Shown in pieces: positions 36,508 to 46,768 of a stretch of 64,000 bases of DNA (position 1 is the stretch's first letter; each line of letters opens with the position of its first letter). The notes beneath the pieces are model-generated. The model did not search any database. It was not told the DNA's origin and saw nothing but the letters and a program-made list of their open reading frames with translations. The translations under genes and the position numbers were made by a program. The stretch lies in contig OZ244166.1 in assembly GCA_965216445.1 (NCBI GenBank), positions 1,175,515 through 1,239,514 on the forward strand. The letters are read 5' to 3'. This DNA comes from Acidimicrobiia bacterium. Its GTDB lineage: Bacteria; Actinomycetota; Acidimicrobiia; Spongiisociales; ZC4RG35.

Positions 36508-37680
36508 ATGGACTTCAGACGAATCGGATCTCTCCCGCCCTACGCCTTTGCCGAAGTAAACCGACGAAAAGCCGAAGCACGAAATGCCGGAGTCGACGTA
36601 GTCGACCTTGGATTCGGCAACCCCGATCTTCCCTCACCCGCAATAGCTGTGGATTCGCTGCGGGAGGAGGCCCTGAACCCTTCCAACCATCGCTATTCGG
36701 TCTCTCGTGGGATCGAAGACTTGCGGGTTGCTCTAGCCGATCGCTACATGCGACGTTTCGGTGTTTCCCTTGATCCTGAGACTGAGGTCATTGCGACCAT
36801 CGGAGCCAAGGAAGGTCTCTCGCACCTCATGTGGACTCTCCTTCAGCCGGGAGACGCGGCAATCGTCCCCGACCCGTCTTACCCGATTCACATCTACGCA
36901 CCGGTTATTGCTGGTGCTGAAGTCCGCAGGGCACCCATCAGCTCGGAGGAGGACTACTTCGATGTTGTAGACCGGATGTTCCGGAACTCTTGGCCCCGGC
37001 CACGAGTGATCATCGTGAGCTTCCCCCACAACCCGACTACCAAAGTCGTCGCACTCGACTTCTTCACCCGTTTGGTCGATTTTGCCAGGGAACACGAGGT
37101 GATCCTCGTTCATGATTTCGCCTATGCCGATGTCTCCTTTGATGGCTACCGCCCACCGTCGCTCTTAGAAGTTGACGGTGCTCACGAGGTCGGAGTCGAG
37201 TTGTACTCACTCACCAAGGGTCATTCCATGGCCGGTTGGAGGGTCGGCTTCTTGGCCGGGAATCCCGAAATCGTGGCCGCACTCGCCAAACTCAAGAGCT
37301 ACCTGGACTATGGAACGTTCCAGCCGATCCAGGTAGCTGCCGCAGCTGCTTTGAACCAGGGCGATTCCTTCGTTGACGAGGTGAACGAAACGTACCTGAA
37401 GCGCAGGGATCTTCTGATCGATGGATTGGACACGTTTGGTTGGCGTGTAGAGCCACCCAAAGGGACGATGTTCGTGTGGGCTCCAATCCCGGATGCGTAC
37501 CAAGACATGGGCTCGGTTGATTTCTCGATGTACATGTTGGAGAAGGCTGGGGTGGCCGTCAGCCCGGGAATCGGGTTTGGGCAAGCCGGCGAGGGATTCG
37601 TCCGGTTCGCCCTGGTTGAGGAAGGTGCACGGATCACAGAAGCCACTGAGCGGCTCGGCGAAGCTCTAGGCAGGTTGTGA
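36508..37680 (+). CDS. pyridoxal-phosphate-dependent aminotransferase class I/II (AlaA/DapC-like)
   Basis: 390 aa. LPPYAFAEVN N-terminus, SFPHNPTT and SLTKGHSMAGWRVGF (Lys-PLP) motifs. Confidence 0.85.
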   Translation: MDFRRIGSLPPYAFAEVNRRKAEARNAGVDVVDLGFGNPDLPSPAIAVDSLREEALNPSNHRYSVSRGIEDLRVALADRYMRRFGVSLDPETEVIATIGAKEGLSHLMWTLLQPGDAAIVPDPSYPIHIYAPVIAGAEVRRAPISSEEDYFDVVDRMFRNSWPRPRVIIVSFPHNPTTKVVALDFFTRLVDFAREHEVILVHDFAYADVSFDGYRPPSLLEVDGAHEVGVELYSLTKGHSMAGWRVGFLAGNPEIVAALAKLKSYLDYGTFQPIQVAAAAALNQGDSFVDEVNETYLKRRDLLIDGLDTFGWRVEPPKGTMFVWAPIPDAYQDMGSVDFSMYMLEKAGVAVSPGIGFGQAGEGFVRFALVEEGARITEATERLGEALGRL

Positions 37681-37705
37681 CTCTGCTGGCCGGTTGTTGC
37701 CAGGG

Positions 37706-38362
37706 CTACAAACAACTTGATTGCTCATGAAACAGTGTTTCGGGACCGACAGGTGCCGATTCAAAATGGTCACTTTTCAGAACTCGAGCGATCATATCCG
37801 GTGGTCCGGCAACGAAAGAGCACGCTAGGTCATCGTCCGAGGAGCACAGCCATTCGCCATCATTGTCCCACCACAAATTCGGATTAGGCCGGCCAAAGAT
37901 TCGGTGTTCGGGAGCGTCATCGAAACCGAAGACCGTGTATTCAAACCTTCGCAGCTTGATCGAGCCGAGGGCGTTGGGTCCCTCCCATGATCTTGTGTTT
38001 CGGTGCTCAACGTAACCCATTCTGCTCGGCGCAGAATTCCTGATGACTTCGGCGATCATCACTCCCGTGAGTTCGCTAGGGAAACCTGAGACCGGCGAGC
38101 TTACACGGCTGTCTTCGACAATTGCGTCGGCCCCAAATGGGACGCCGGCCGTATCGCACCACGATGACATCGCTGGATTGAAGGGGACTCTCCTTTCTTG
38201 AGCGATCTCCTGCCACTTGACGCGTACGCCAGTATCGGAGGTCGCGGGGTGCAGAATTCGAGCATACGAGGGTGCCTGAGATCCGACCAAGCTTGCGACG
38301 GTGGACCTACTTGCACTCTCGATGGAACGGCGGAGTGATGGCGGGAATAGTTGATGGTCCAT
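37706..38362 (-). CDS. hypothetical protein
   Basis: Start set at ATG 38362 (MDHQLFPPSL...). The longer track ORF (to 38575) overlaps the neighbouring gene. No family recognised. Confidence 0.4.
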   Translation of the reverse strand: MDHQLFPPSLRRSIESASRSTVASLVGSQAPSYARILHPATSDTGVRVKWQEIAQERRVPFNPAMSSWCDTAGVPFGADAIVEDSRVSSPVSGFPSELTGVMIAEVIRNSAPSRMGYVEHRNTRSWEGPNALGSIKLRRFEYTVFGFDDAPEHRIFGRPNPNLWWDNDGEWLCSSDDDLACSFVAGPPDMIARVLKSDHFESAPVGPETLFHEQSSCL

Positions 38363-38364
38363 AG

Positions 38365-38658
38365 TCACGATGTCAAGAGATAGATCACAATAACGTCGGC
38401 GATGACGTGGATGCCAGCAGGGACCAAGAGACCATTCGACCTTCTCCGCACGAGGCCCATCGTTAACCCGAACAGTGTTGCCATAGCTACGCCCGATGCA
38501 CCGCTTGGAAAACCATTCCAGTGGCTTACTCCAAATGCGAGTCCTTGCACGAGGTTGGCGGCCTGGAATCCCCATCCACCCTTAGTGAGCGCGTCAAGAA
38601 AAAGCCCCTCCCGCCCTGATAGTGCTCCGGCTTGCGTCGATTGGCAATCAGGTGTCAT
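38365..38658 (-). CDS. CPBP (CAAX protease/Abi) family C-terminal domain protein, possibly truncated remnant
   Basis: 97 aa. GLAFGVSHWNG and LVPAGIHVIAD match the last two conserved motifs of CPBP intramembrane metalloproteases. The N-terminal two-thirds of the family domain are absent. Confidence 0.35.
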   Translation of the reverse strand: MTPDCQSTQAGALSGREGLFLDALTKGGWGFQAANLVQGLAFGVSHWNGFPSGASGVAMATLFGLTMGLVRRRSNGLLVPAGIHVIADVIVIYLLTS

Positions 38659-38684
38659 TGGAGATTGGGTACCCTCACATCTCT

Positions 38685-39710
38685 ATGGCTTTTCCCGACG
38701 GCGTAGCCGACTTTCGCTCTGACACAGTCACCCGACCCACTCCGCAAATGCTCGACGCGATGGCGTCGGCACCACTTGGAGATGACGTGTATCACGACGA
38801 CCCGACCGTCAACCTCCTAGAGCAGGAATCGGCCGAGGTCGTTGGGAAAGAAGCAGCCGTCTTTGTGCCAACCGGGACGATGGGTAACCAGCTCGCCATC
38901 ATGTTTCACACCAACCCCGGGGAAGAGGTGTTGGCGAACGAAGCGAGTCACGTCCGCAGCATCGAAGCCGGCGCCCCTCAGGCTTTGTCCGGCGTCGGTT
39001 TCAGAACAGTTGCCGGCGAAAACGGCGCCATCACGCCTGCAGATGTGGAACTGGCCATGGATGCGGCCGGTTTCTTCCCGAGGATCGGCCTGATGGTGTG
39101 GGAGAACACGCACAATCTCTCCGGGGGAAGGGTGGTACCTCTGCAGCTGATGGAGAAGACGTCAGGTGTTGCCCGTGATCGTGGGCTCCGTGTCCATATC
39201 GACGGAGCACGTATCTTCAATGCTGTAGCGGCCACCGGGGTGGATGCATCTGTTTGGGCCGCTAACGCAGACACGATCCAGTTCTGTTTCTCCAAGGGTT
39301 TGGGTGCACCTGTGGGATCCATTGTCTGTGGGCCGCAAGCAATGATCGACGAGATTCGTTACTTGCGGAAGAGGATGGGCGGCGGAATGCGCCAGGCTGG
39401 GGTGATTGCGGCGGCCGCACGTATTGCTCTGGCAGATCGAGATCGCCTGGTCGAAGACCACGATTTGGCCCGCCAGCTCGGTGAGATGCTCGCGGATCGC
39501 TTTCCGGGTTCCGTTGATCCCGAGGGTGTGGAGACCAACATGGTCCGCCCGAGTCTGGCGGCTTTGGGCATGGAATGGCCCGCAATCAGACAACGGCTCG
39601 AGTCAGCACAGGTCAAAGTCAACCCTCCTTTTGCAGGTGGATGGAGACTGGTGACACATCGCGATGTTGACATCGAGGATGTCAAGCGTCTGGTTGCCGC
39701 TCTTTCGTAA
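38685..39710 (+). CDS. ltaE: low-specificity L-threonine aldolase
   Basis: [11 protein letters not shown]-terminal signature and PLP-Lys region [13 protein letters not shown]. Start at ATG 38685. Confidence 0.85.
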   Translation: MAFPDGVADFRSDTVTRPTPQMLDAMASAPLGDDVYHDDPTVNLLEQESAEVVGKEAAVFVPTGTMGNQLAIMFHTNPGEEVLANEASHVRSIEAGAPQALSGVGFRTVAGENGAITPADVELAMDAAGFFPRIGLMVWENTHNLSGGRVVPLQLMEKTSGVARDRGLRVHIDGARIFNAVAATGVDASVWAANADTIQFCFSKGLGAPVGSIVCGPQAMIDEIRYLRKRMGGGMRQAGVIAAAARIALADRDRLVEDHDLARQLGEMLADRFPGSVDPEGVETNMVRPSLAALGMEWPAIRQRLESAQVKVNPPFAGGWRLVTHRDVDIEDVKRLVAALS

Positions 39711-39743
39711 CTCATCGGTCCGGATCGGAGTCGAAATTCGGTA

Positions 39744-40691
39744 GTGAAGTATGCAGTTCTTTTCCCCGGTCAGGGGAGCCAATTCGTGGGGATGGGATCA
39801 GATCTCTTCGACGCCGGTTCCGAGTTTGTCCTCGAACGCGCCGACGAGGTCCTTGGCTGGTCTCTGCGCGACTTGTGTCTCGACGGCTCCGAGGAGGAGC
39901 TGAAGCAAACCGACAGGACACAACCAGCGATTTTCGCGGTCTCGTACGCTCTTTGGTCGAGCTTCGAGTCTCGGGTCTCGGCTCACCCTGCTGCGGCAGC
40001 GGGCCACTCCCTGGGCGAATACACAGCTCTAACGGCTTCAGGTGCTTTGACGTTCGAAGAAGCGTTGAGCCTGGTTCACACGAGGGGACGTTTGATGGCA
40101 GAGGCCGCGTCCGAGACAGCGTCGGGTATGGCGGCCCTTCTCGGCGCAGACCGGAAGCTGGCCGAAGCCGTCGTCGCAGGCAATCATGCATCCGGCGGCA
40201 CTCTTCAGATTGCCAACTTGAATGCGCCCGGGCAGATCGTCGTGGCGGGGAGTGATATGGACCTCCAATGGCTTGCCGAGAACGGAAGGGACCTCGGCGT
40301 CCGCCGTGCGATACCCCTCAAGGTCGCCGGGGCGTTCCATACCAGCTACATGCAAACTGCCGCTGACGGGCTTGCAAATGTGATCGGCGATGTGGCGATT
40401 AGCGGAACTGCGTTCGACGTGTGGGCAAACTCCACGGCGCAGCCTATGCACGCCGGCGGTATTGCCGGAATACTGGTTGATCAGGTCACATCTCCGGTGC
40501 TGTTTGACGAGACCTTGCAAGGAATGGCGAACGAGGGGATCGACACCTTCGTTCACGTAGGACCGGGCGACGTAACCGCCGGGTTGGCCAAGCGCACACT
40601 GCCTGAGGCTGAGGTATTGGTCGCGTCCAACCTCGAAGACGTCACCGGAATCGCTGAATCGCTGAGTACGATGGATTTGGAGCTGAGGTAG
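39744..40691 (+). CDS. fabD: malonyl-CoA:ACP transacylase
   Basis: FPGQGSQ and GHSLGEY active-site motifs. Confidence 0.9.
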   Translation: MKYAVLFPGQGSQFVGMGSDLFDAGSEFVLERADEVLGWSLRDLCLDGSEEELKQTDRTQPAIFAVSYALWSSFESRVSAHPAAAAGHSLGEYTALTASGALTFEEALSLVHTRGRLMAEAASETASGMAALLGADRKLAEAVVAGNHASGGTLQIANLNAPGQIVVAGSDMDLQWLAENGRDLGVRRAIPLKVAGAFHTSYMQTAADGLANVIGDVAISGTAFDVWANSTAQPMHAGGIAGILVDQVTSPVLFDETLQGMANEGIDTFVHVGPGDVTAGLAKRTLPEAEVLVASNLEDVTGIAESLSTMDLELR

Positions 40692-40693
40692 AT

Positions 40694-41776
40694 ATGAACG
40701 CCGAAATCACCGGTTGGGGCAAATGCATGCCCCAAAACGTGCTGAGCAACCACGATCTCGAACAGATCGTGGAGACATCTGACGACTGGATCACAACCCG
40801 CACGGGCATCAAGGAACGTCGTATCGCCCATGTGGAGGTCTCCGACATGGCGGCGGTAGCCGGCCACCGTGCCCTCGCGGCCGCCGGAAAAACCGTCGCA
40901 GACGTTGACCTACTTTTGGTTGCCACTTGTTCGGGCGACTCGATCATCCCGTCAACGGCATCGCGTGTTCAGGAGAAGATGGGTGCGGTTAATGCCGCGG
41001 CTATGGACCTCAACGCTGCCTGCTCGGGTTTTGTCTACGGACTTGTCGTCGGCGCAAACATGATCCGGGGAGGCACCAACAACACCGTCCTACTCATAGG
41101 CGCCGAGAAGCTCCACTACCTCATGGATTTCACCGACCGAACAACATGTGTCCTGTTCGGAGACGGGGCAGGGGCTGTTGTTCTTGAACCTTCATCCGAC
41201 GACATCGGACTCCTCGGATCGGATCTAGGCATGGACGGTACGGCAGGCAAGTTTCTCCAGACCCCCGTCGATGGAACGCAGGGTGATCGGGAGTATCGCC
41301 CACCTGAGGTATGCGGCATCAAGATGGATGGCCAGGAGGTGTTCAGAAGGGCTGTGACGATGATGGCCGAAAGCTCGGCAACAGCCTTGTCCCGGTCTGG
41401 TCTCGCCCTCGAAGAAGTCGACCTGCTGGTACCACATCAGGCCAACGTGCGAATAATCGATGCTACGGCCCGGCGGATGGGGCTCGACCCGAACAAGGTC
41501 TACGTCAACATCCACTCCTACGGAAACACATCAGCAGCCACTATTCCCGTCGCCCTCACCGAAGCTCTCGAGCAAGGAAGGGTCAACCCGGGCGACATCG
41601 TTGCCTTCACGGCGTTTGGTGGGGGGCTCAGCTGGGGTTCGGCAATCGTTCGTTGGGGTGAGCGGGTTACTGCCATCGGCGAGAGCGACGCGAAACTCGC
41701 TCCGCCGGATCGGGACACCATGGAGTTGCTCCAATCCAATTTCGACTTCTTCGGGGTGCCGGAGCGGATGGCGTGA
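40694..41776 (+). CDS. fabH: 3-oxoacyl-ACP synthase III
   Basis: NAACSGF active-site Cys region. HQAN and GNTSAA catalytic His/Asn motifs. Confidence 0.9.
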   Translation: MNAEITGWGKCMPQNVLSNHDLEQIVETSDDWITTRTGIKERRIAHVEVSDMAAVAGHRALAAAGKTVADVDLLLVATCSGDSIIPSTASRVQEKMGAVNAAAMDLNAACSGFVYGLVVGANMIRGGTNNTVLLIGAEKLHYLMDFTDRTTCVLFGDGAGAVVLEPSSDDIGLLGSDLGMDGTAGKFLQTPVDGTQGDREYRPPEVCGIKMDGQEVFRRAVTMMAESSATALSRSGLALEEVDLLVPHQANVRIIDATARRMGLDPNKVYVNIHSYGNTSAATIPVALTEALEQGRVNPGDIVAFTAFGGGLSWGSAIVRWGERVTAIGESDAKLAPPDRDTMELLQSNFDFFGVPERMA

Positions 41777-42519
41777 CCGAACCGAATACAAGAACTGCCC
41801 TTGTCACGGGAGGATCCCGTGGCATCGGCAAGGCGATTGCCCTACGACTGGGCCGAACCGGCCACCGCATTGCGGTCAACTACTCCGCTAACTCCGCAGC
41901 AGCTGATGAGGTCGTTGCTGAGATCTCGGAACACGGGGGGGAAGCAGCTGCGTTCCAAGCCGATGTTTCCCAGGCCGACGATGTCGAATCCCTGTTTGCC
42001 GCGGTCGATGAAGCCTTTGGGCCGGTCCACATCCTGGTGAACAACGCTGGAATCACGAGGGACAACTTGGTTCTCCGAATGCGTCCTGAGGAGTTTGATG
42101 CCGTTATCGCAACCAATCTCCGCTCCGCTTACTTGTGTACCAAGTCGTCATTGCGAGGAATGCTCCGGGCGAAATGGGGAAGAATCGTCTCGATTGCATC
42201 AGTCGCGGGAATCACCGGAAACCCGGGCCAGGGCAACTATGCAGCATCGAAGGCCGGCATGATCGGTTTTGCCAAATCCGTTGCCAAGGAAGTTGGATCC
42301 CGGGGTATCACGTCGAACGTTATCGCCCCAGGATTCATCGATACGGACATGACGGGTGCACTGGACGACTCGGTCAAAGAAGCCGCTGCTGAGTCGATAG
42401 CGCTCGGACGTTTTGGGACGCCCGATGAAGTTGCTGCGGCGGTCGAATTCCTCACGTCGGACGACGGGGGTTACATAACAGGGCAGGTATTGGCGGTGGA
42501 CGGCGGGATAACCCTCTAA
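41773..42519 (+). CDS. fabG: 3-oxoacyl-ACP reductase
   Basis: SDR signatures TGGSRGIG, NNAG and YAASKAG. Confidence 0.9.
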   Translation: MTEPNTRTALVTGGSRGIGKAIALRLGRTGHRIAVNYSANSAAADEVVAEISEHGGEAAAFQADVSQADDVESLFAAVDEAFGPVHILVNNAGITRDNLVLRMRPEEFDAVIATNLRSAYLCTKSSLRGMLRAKWGRIVSIASVAGITGNPGQGNYAASKAGMIGFAKSVAKEVGSRGITSNVIAPGFIDTDMTGALDDSVKEAAAESIALGRFGTPDEVAAAVEFLTSDDGGYITGQVLAVDGGITL

Positions 42520-42549
42520 GTTCTATCCGACAACAACACAGGAGAAGAA

Positions 42550-42795
42550 ATGGAACGCACAGAAGTAGCTGACAAACTCAACGGAGTCCTAGTCACCGAG
42601 TTGGGACTGGAAGCAGAGAAGATCAACGACGAAGCCCACTTCGAAGAGGACCTCGATGTCGACAGTCTCGGCGTTGTGGAGCTTCTGATGGCTCTCGAGG
42701 ACGAATTTGGCGTCAAGATCCCGGACGAAGAGGCCGAGTCCATCATGACAGTCGGCCAGGCGATCGACCTGGTTCACGGCAAGCTGAACAGCTAA
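42550..42795 (+). CDS. acpP: acyl carrier protein
   Basis: 81 aa. DLDVDSLGVVELLMALEDEFG with the phosphopantetheine-attachment Ser. Confidence 0.9.
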   Translation: MERTEVADKLNGVLVTELGLEAEKINDEAHFEEDLDVDSLGVVELLMALEDEFGVKIPDEEAESIMTVGQAIDLVHGKLNS

Positions 42796-43076
42796 ACCTC
42801 ACACCCCGGGCCCGGTGGTGGCTCGTTCCGAGATTGAGCATCCCGCCACTCCGCGATGCTCCGGTACACCAGAACCAATACGAGCGCCATGCCGGCCGTC
42901 ACCAGCAAGAAGGCCGTAGCAGCCATGAGCGCAGACCAACCGGGACAAGGGGTGATTGCTCCGGCCGGATCCGAGGTTGTACAGCTCAGGTCGGTCACAA
43001 ACCAGCCCAGTAAGCCAGCGAGTGTCCCGACGGCTAGTGCCGGAATCGCAATCCAAGGGTTGGGAAACCTCCTCAT
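42792..43076 (-). CDS. small membrane protein, hypothetical
   Basis: 94 aa, two TM segments. Overlaps the upstream membrane-protein gene by 4 nt. Confidence 0.3.
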   Translation of the reverse strand: MRRFPNPWIAIPALAVGTLAGLLGWFVTDLSCTTSDPAGAITPCPGWSALMAATAFLLVTAGMALVLVLVYRSIAEWRDAQSRNEPPPGPGCEV

Positions 43077-43813
43077 AACGGCTTGCCTCTATCATCGATG
43101 CCCGCCCCGTCTCTGATCTCCCTCGGGGCCAATTCCGGCGGGATTGCGTATGTCGTCCCCTTCTCAATGAGCGGACGAAAGGCAACCGCAACGTCGGAGG
43201 AGAGGGCAACTGCCGATATTGCCACTGTTGTCGCAATTGCGACGACGGCGTGAGGAAGGTTCATAAAGAAGGCCAGAGTGAGAGCCAGAAGGGGAAGCCC
43301 GTATCTCATCAGAAGCAGGCCACCTGGGATAGTTCTGCTGTAGGCGAACGACGAGACAACTCCAGCCGTTGCCATCACGAAGACTGCCGCGTTTGGTTCA
43401 GTAGGCACCAATCCCAACGCCAGGGGGAGAGCAGCCGCAGCCAGCGTCACAAACACGGCCTTGGGCGGAGGTCCGGCTGCCGACGGGAGCTTCCGAACTA
43501 GTCGCGTTTGCTGTGGAGTCAGCAGTATCACTGCTGCAGTGGCGGTGAACGCGAGTGCAATCCACGAAACCAAATCCAACGGTCTGGAGACGGCGACCGG
43601 CAGAGTTGTCGCGAGCACGCCCAGCAGCGTGTTCTTGGCCCAACGACCGCCCACAAGCACGATTCCGACCGTTGCGGTCGTAGTGAGGATCAGCCAACCC
43701 ACGCCGATGAGGAGCGCCGATCCCGGCGAATAGATGCCAGGCTCGAGGATGAGCGCCAGTACCCAAAGGAGAACTGCCGTCATTGGGGTGGCGGCTGGAA
43801 TCATCGACCTCAC
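43073..43813 (-). CDS. polytopic membrane protein, hypothetical
   Basis: 246 aa, about 7 hydrophobic segments. No family recognised. Confidence 0.4.
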   Translation of the reverse strand: MRSMIPAATPMTAVLLWVLALILEPGIYSPGSALLIGVGWLILTTTATVGIVLVGGRWAKNTLLGVLATTLPVAVSRPLDLVSWIALAFTATAAVILLTPQQTRLVRKLPSAAGPPPKAVFVTLAAAALPLALGLVPTEPNAAVFVMATAGVVSSFAYSRTIPGGLLLMRYGLPLLALTLAFFMNLPHAVVAIATTVAISAVALSSDVAVAFRPLIEKGTTYAIPPELAPREIRDGAGIDDRGKPL

Positions 43814-43839
43814 GCCCGCATTGTCGCATCAGGCTGCGG

Positions 43840-44514
43840 TCAAGCCGAACTCGGACCTCGGTCGTTGTCTGCCTCGACTACCGCGCGTAGGTCCGCCTTC
43901 TCGCCGAAGCCTGGAGTATCTCCGGGCGCCCACACCGTTTCCTCGAGCCATGTTGTACCCGGTCGAAGCGTGACCACGGCGCCGTTACCTGGCTTGTCGG
44001 TGTGGAGCTGCCGAAGTGACGTACCCAGCAACCTCAGACGCGCCGCCTGAATCGGATCCTGGTGGGAGACGATTACGACATCGCCATGCGGGTGCTGCTC
44101 ATCGAGTCGCTTGGCGACGCCCGCCACTCGCTCGGCAAGCGTTTCGAGACTTTCGGGAGCGAAGTGCAAATCGGTCGGGTTATCGAGATATGCCTCTAGT
44201 TCGCCGGGAAACTTGGATCCGATGTCCGCCCAGGAGAGACCCTTCCACCTGTCGACGGTGGCCCACTCGGTCAGATCGTGATCGACGCGGACCGGCACTC
44301 CTGACCTCGACGCTATCTCCTCCGCAGTGCGAAGAGACCGCTCGAGGGGAGACGACCAAATCGCGACTACCGCTCGGGGCCCGAGATACCGACCCACTTT
44401 TCGGGCTTGTTCGACACCAAGGGTTGAGAGGCCGAAGTCGGGGAGTGAGCCGTAGACCACGTTGCTTGGGTTATCCACTTCTCCGTGTCGGACCAGGTGT
44501 ACCAGTGCTGCCAT
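43840..44514 (-). CDS. histidine phosphatase family protein (phosphoglycerate mutase-like)
   Basis: N-terminal LVRHGE catalytic motif and later SSPLERSLRTA. Confidence 0.8.
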   Translation of the reverse strand: MAALVHLVRHGEVDNPSNVVYGSLPDFGLSTLGVEQARKVGRYLGPRAVVAIWSSPLERSLRTAEEIASRSGVPVRVDHDLTEWATVDRWKGLSWADIGSKFPGELEAYLDNPTDLHFAPESLETLAERVAGVAKRLDEQHPHGDVVIVSHQDPIQAARLRLLGTSLRQLHTDKPGNGAVVTLRPGTTWLEETVWAPGDTPGFGEKADLRAVVEADNDRGPSSA

Positions 44515-44566
44515 CGTCGGTAGTTTGGCCTGTTCGCTTTCGGTAGTGAGGTATCTTCGCTAATGC

Positions 44567-45751
44567 ATGTGGTCTGAGCCGATCCTCCATGTTGATATGG
44601 ATTCCTTCTTCGTCGAAGTAGAACGTCTCGCCGATCCTGCCCTGATGTCTCAACCAGTCGCGGTGGGCGGCACCGGCAAACGTGGGGTCATCGCCTCGGC
44701 TTCTTACGAGGCGAGGGCGTTTGGGGTCCGCTCGGCTCAACCGACCGGCGTCGCGAGGAGCCTCTGCCCGGAGCTGGTGGTGGTCTCACCGAGACACGGT
44801 AAGTACGGCGACTACTCGGAGAAGGTGTTCTCCATATTTCGGTCCTTCACCCCCAAGGTCGAGGGTCTCAGCCTCGATGAGGCGTTCCTCGATGTGTCCG
44901 GATTGCGACACCACTACGAAACATCGCCTGAGGTCGGTGAGGCGGTACGCTTCGAAATCAAGCAGGAACTCGGGCTCCCGGCTTCGGTTGGAGTTGCATC
45001 GAACAAGTTTCTGGCCAAGTTGGCCTCTGAGGAAGCCAAACCGGACGGTCTTCGTCATATTCCCGTGGACAATCAGCTTGAGTTCTTGCACGGGTTGCCG
45101 GTTGAAGTCTTGTGGGGTGTTGGCCCTGCCACTCTGGCTGGTTTGCAACGGCTTGGGATCGAACGGGTCGGCGACCTAACAGAGATTCCGGAGAGAACCC
45201 TTGCCGCCACTCTCGGTCCAACCCAGGGGGCCCATCTTCGCCTCCTCGCCCAAGGAGTCGACAATCGACCCGTTGAAGCGCAGACCGGCGCCAAGTCCCT
45301 TTCCGTCGAGGAGACATTCGCCGAAGACTTGGCCGGTCGAGACATGGTCCAGTCAGCCCTGATGGCACACGCACAGCGGCTTTCGGTTCGGCTACGTCGT
45401 GCTGGGCTCTTGCCACATACCATTTCGTTGAAGATTCGATATTCGGATTTCACGACGTTGACGCGTTCCCGGACATTCCAACACACGCTGAGTCAGCCAC
45501 GCGAGCTGTACCGAGCTGCGATTGCGCTGCTTGAGGATGTACCCGATGATCAGCCGGTGAGACTACTCGGTCTGGGAGGCTCCCAATTCGACCGCTCGGA
45601 CACACCACAGCAGGAGTCGCTCGATAGCGACGATGCCTGGCGCAAGTTGGGCGACGCTGTGGGAGATGTTCAGGACCGTTTCGGGACACGCTCGGTCGGA
45701 CCGGCGCGCCTGATAGATTGGCGTGAAACTGATAGGTCACCCGATACATGA
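44567..45751 (+). CDS. dinB: DNA polymerase IV (Y-family)
   Basis: ILHVDMDSFFVEVE N-terminal motif, SLDEAFLD. 394 aa. Confidence 0.9.
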   Translation: MWSEPILHVDMDSFFVEVERLADPALMSQPVAVGGTGKRGVIASASYEARAFGVRSAQPTGVARSLCPELVVVSPRHGKYGDYSEKVFSIFRSFTPKVEGLSLDEAFLDVSGLRHHYETSPEVGEAVRFEIKQELGLPASVGVASNKFLAKLASEEAKPDGLRHIPVDNQLEFLHGLPVEVLWGVGPATLAGLQRLGIERVGDLTEIPERTLAATLGPTQGAHLRLLAQGVDNRPVEAQTGAKSLSVEETFAEDLAGRDMVQSALMAHAQRLSVRLRRAGLLPHTISLKIRYSDFTTLTRSRTFQHTLSQPRELYRAAIALLEDVPDDQPVRLLGLGGSQFDRSDTPQQESLDSDDAWRKLGDAVGDVQDRFGTRSVGPARLIDWRETDRSPDT

Positions 45752-45804
45752 CTCACAAGCCGGTGTAATGTTTGGGTATAAGCCAAAAGCAATGGGTTTC
45801 TCAG

Positions 45805-46110
45805 ATGCCACTTGATGATCGGGAACAAAAGATCCTCGAAGAGATAGAACGTCAGTTCTACGAAGAGGACCCCGAACTGGCCCGCGCTGTCGAGAAGATC
45901 AGCCGGCCATCTGCGACCAGGGTGCGACTTGCTGCACTGGGCGCGATACTCGGCCTCACCGTCATCCTGGTTTTCTTCGCACAGAACACCGTCCTGGCGC
46001 TGGTGGGGTTCGCTGTATTGGTTGCGTCGATCACGGTGCTCGTGCCGGCAATTCGGGAGCGTGTGACCCCCGAAAGCGACCCGGGATCTGGCACTGATCA
46101 GATCGAATAA
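45805..46110 (+). CDS. DUF3040 domain membrane protein
   Basis: MPLDDREQKILEEIERQFYEEDP is the DUF3040 N-terminus, followed by two TM helices. Track start TTG 45772; ATG 45805 preferred. Confidence 0.55.
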   Translation: MPLDDREQKILEEIERQFYEEDPELARAVEKISRPSATRVRLAALGAILGLTVILVFFAQNTVLALVGFAVLVASITVLVPAIRERVTPESDPGSGTDQIE

Positions 46111-46212
46111 GGTCTCAAATCTCGATCCTTCCTACAGGCTGAGAACCCGCTAAGGTTGCGTCCCCATGGCGACGCTCCGAGACGAGCTGACCACGGGAAT
46201 TAGGTTTGCGGG

Positions 46213-46752
46213 ATGGCTTCGCTGGAGCCATACGACAGTTTTAGGAAGGGAAGAGTGGAGCAGGCATTCACAGCCGAGCAGGCCTGCCGGCTGACTAATT
46301 GCACACATCACCAATTGCGATATTGGGACACAGTAGGGCTGTTGAAGCCCTCGATTCAGGAAAGTGGCGGCAGGCCAGGAGTGCGACGGTTGTATTCATT
46401 TCGCGACCTCGTTGCGCTTCGTGTCGTTCGGAGCCTCCTCGACAACGGTATGTCCCTACAGCGGGTGAGACGTGCGTGGGACTATCTACGACGCGAAGGG
46501 GGCATGGAGGATCATCTGTCCGAGGTGAAACTCGTCACCGATGGTCAATCGATCTTCAGGGTTAGCTCCGACGAAGGCGAAATCCTCGACGCATTGAGAG
46601 AAGGCCAGCTGTCGTTCTTTGTTGCAATCGACCAGATTGCCCGTGAGGTTGAAGAGGACGTCAGTCGATTCGAACTCGACAAAGACCGGTTCCTGACCAT
46701 GCTGCGTCGTGTTGAAGACGACATCGCCGAGGAGAAGCAGGCCTCCGGCTGA
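46213..46752 (+). CDS. MerR family transcriptional regulator
   Basis: MerR-type HTH FTAEQACRLTNCTHHQLRYWDTVGLLKP...RLYSFRDLVALRVVRSLLDNGMSLQRVR. Confidence 0.6.
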   Translation: MASLEPYDSFRKGRVEQAFTAEQACRLTNCTHHQLRYWDTVGLLKPSIQESGGRPGVRRLYSFRDLVALRVVRSLLDNGMSLQRVRRAWDYLRREGGMEDHLSEVKLVTDGQSIFRVSSDEGEILDALREGQLSFFVAIDQIAREVEEDVSRFELDKDRFLTMLRRVEDDIAEEKQASG

Positions 46753-46768
46753 AGACGGTCGGTCTTCA
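46750..46768. terminator. weak convergent hairpin between merR-like and tgpA-like genes
   Basis: TGAAGAC-GGTCG-GTCTTCA, 7-bp stem. No U-tract. Confidence 0.25.

Noticed and set aside
42796-42830. CCGGGCCCGG palindrome after acpP as a terminator
   Set aside because: Self-complementary 10-mer with no loop and no U-tract. It lies inside the convergent small membrane-protein ORF.
43508-44050. 180-aa + strand ORF
   Set aside because: Overlaps two minus-strand genes (membrane protein and histidine phosphatase), which carry real motifs. This frame is Arg/Gly-rich noise.
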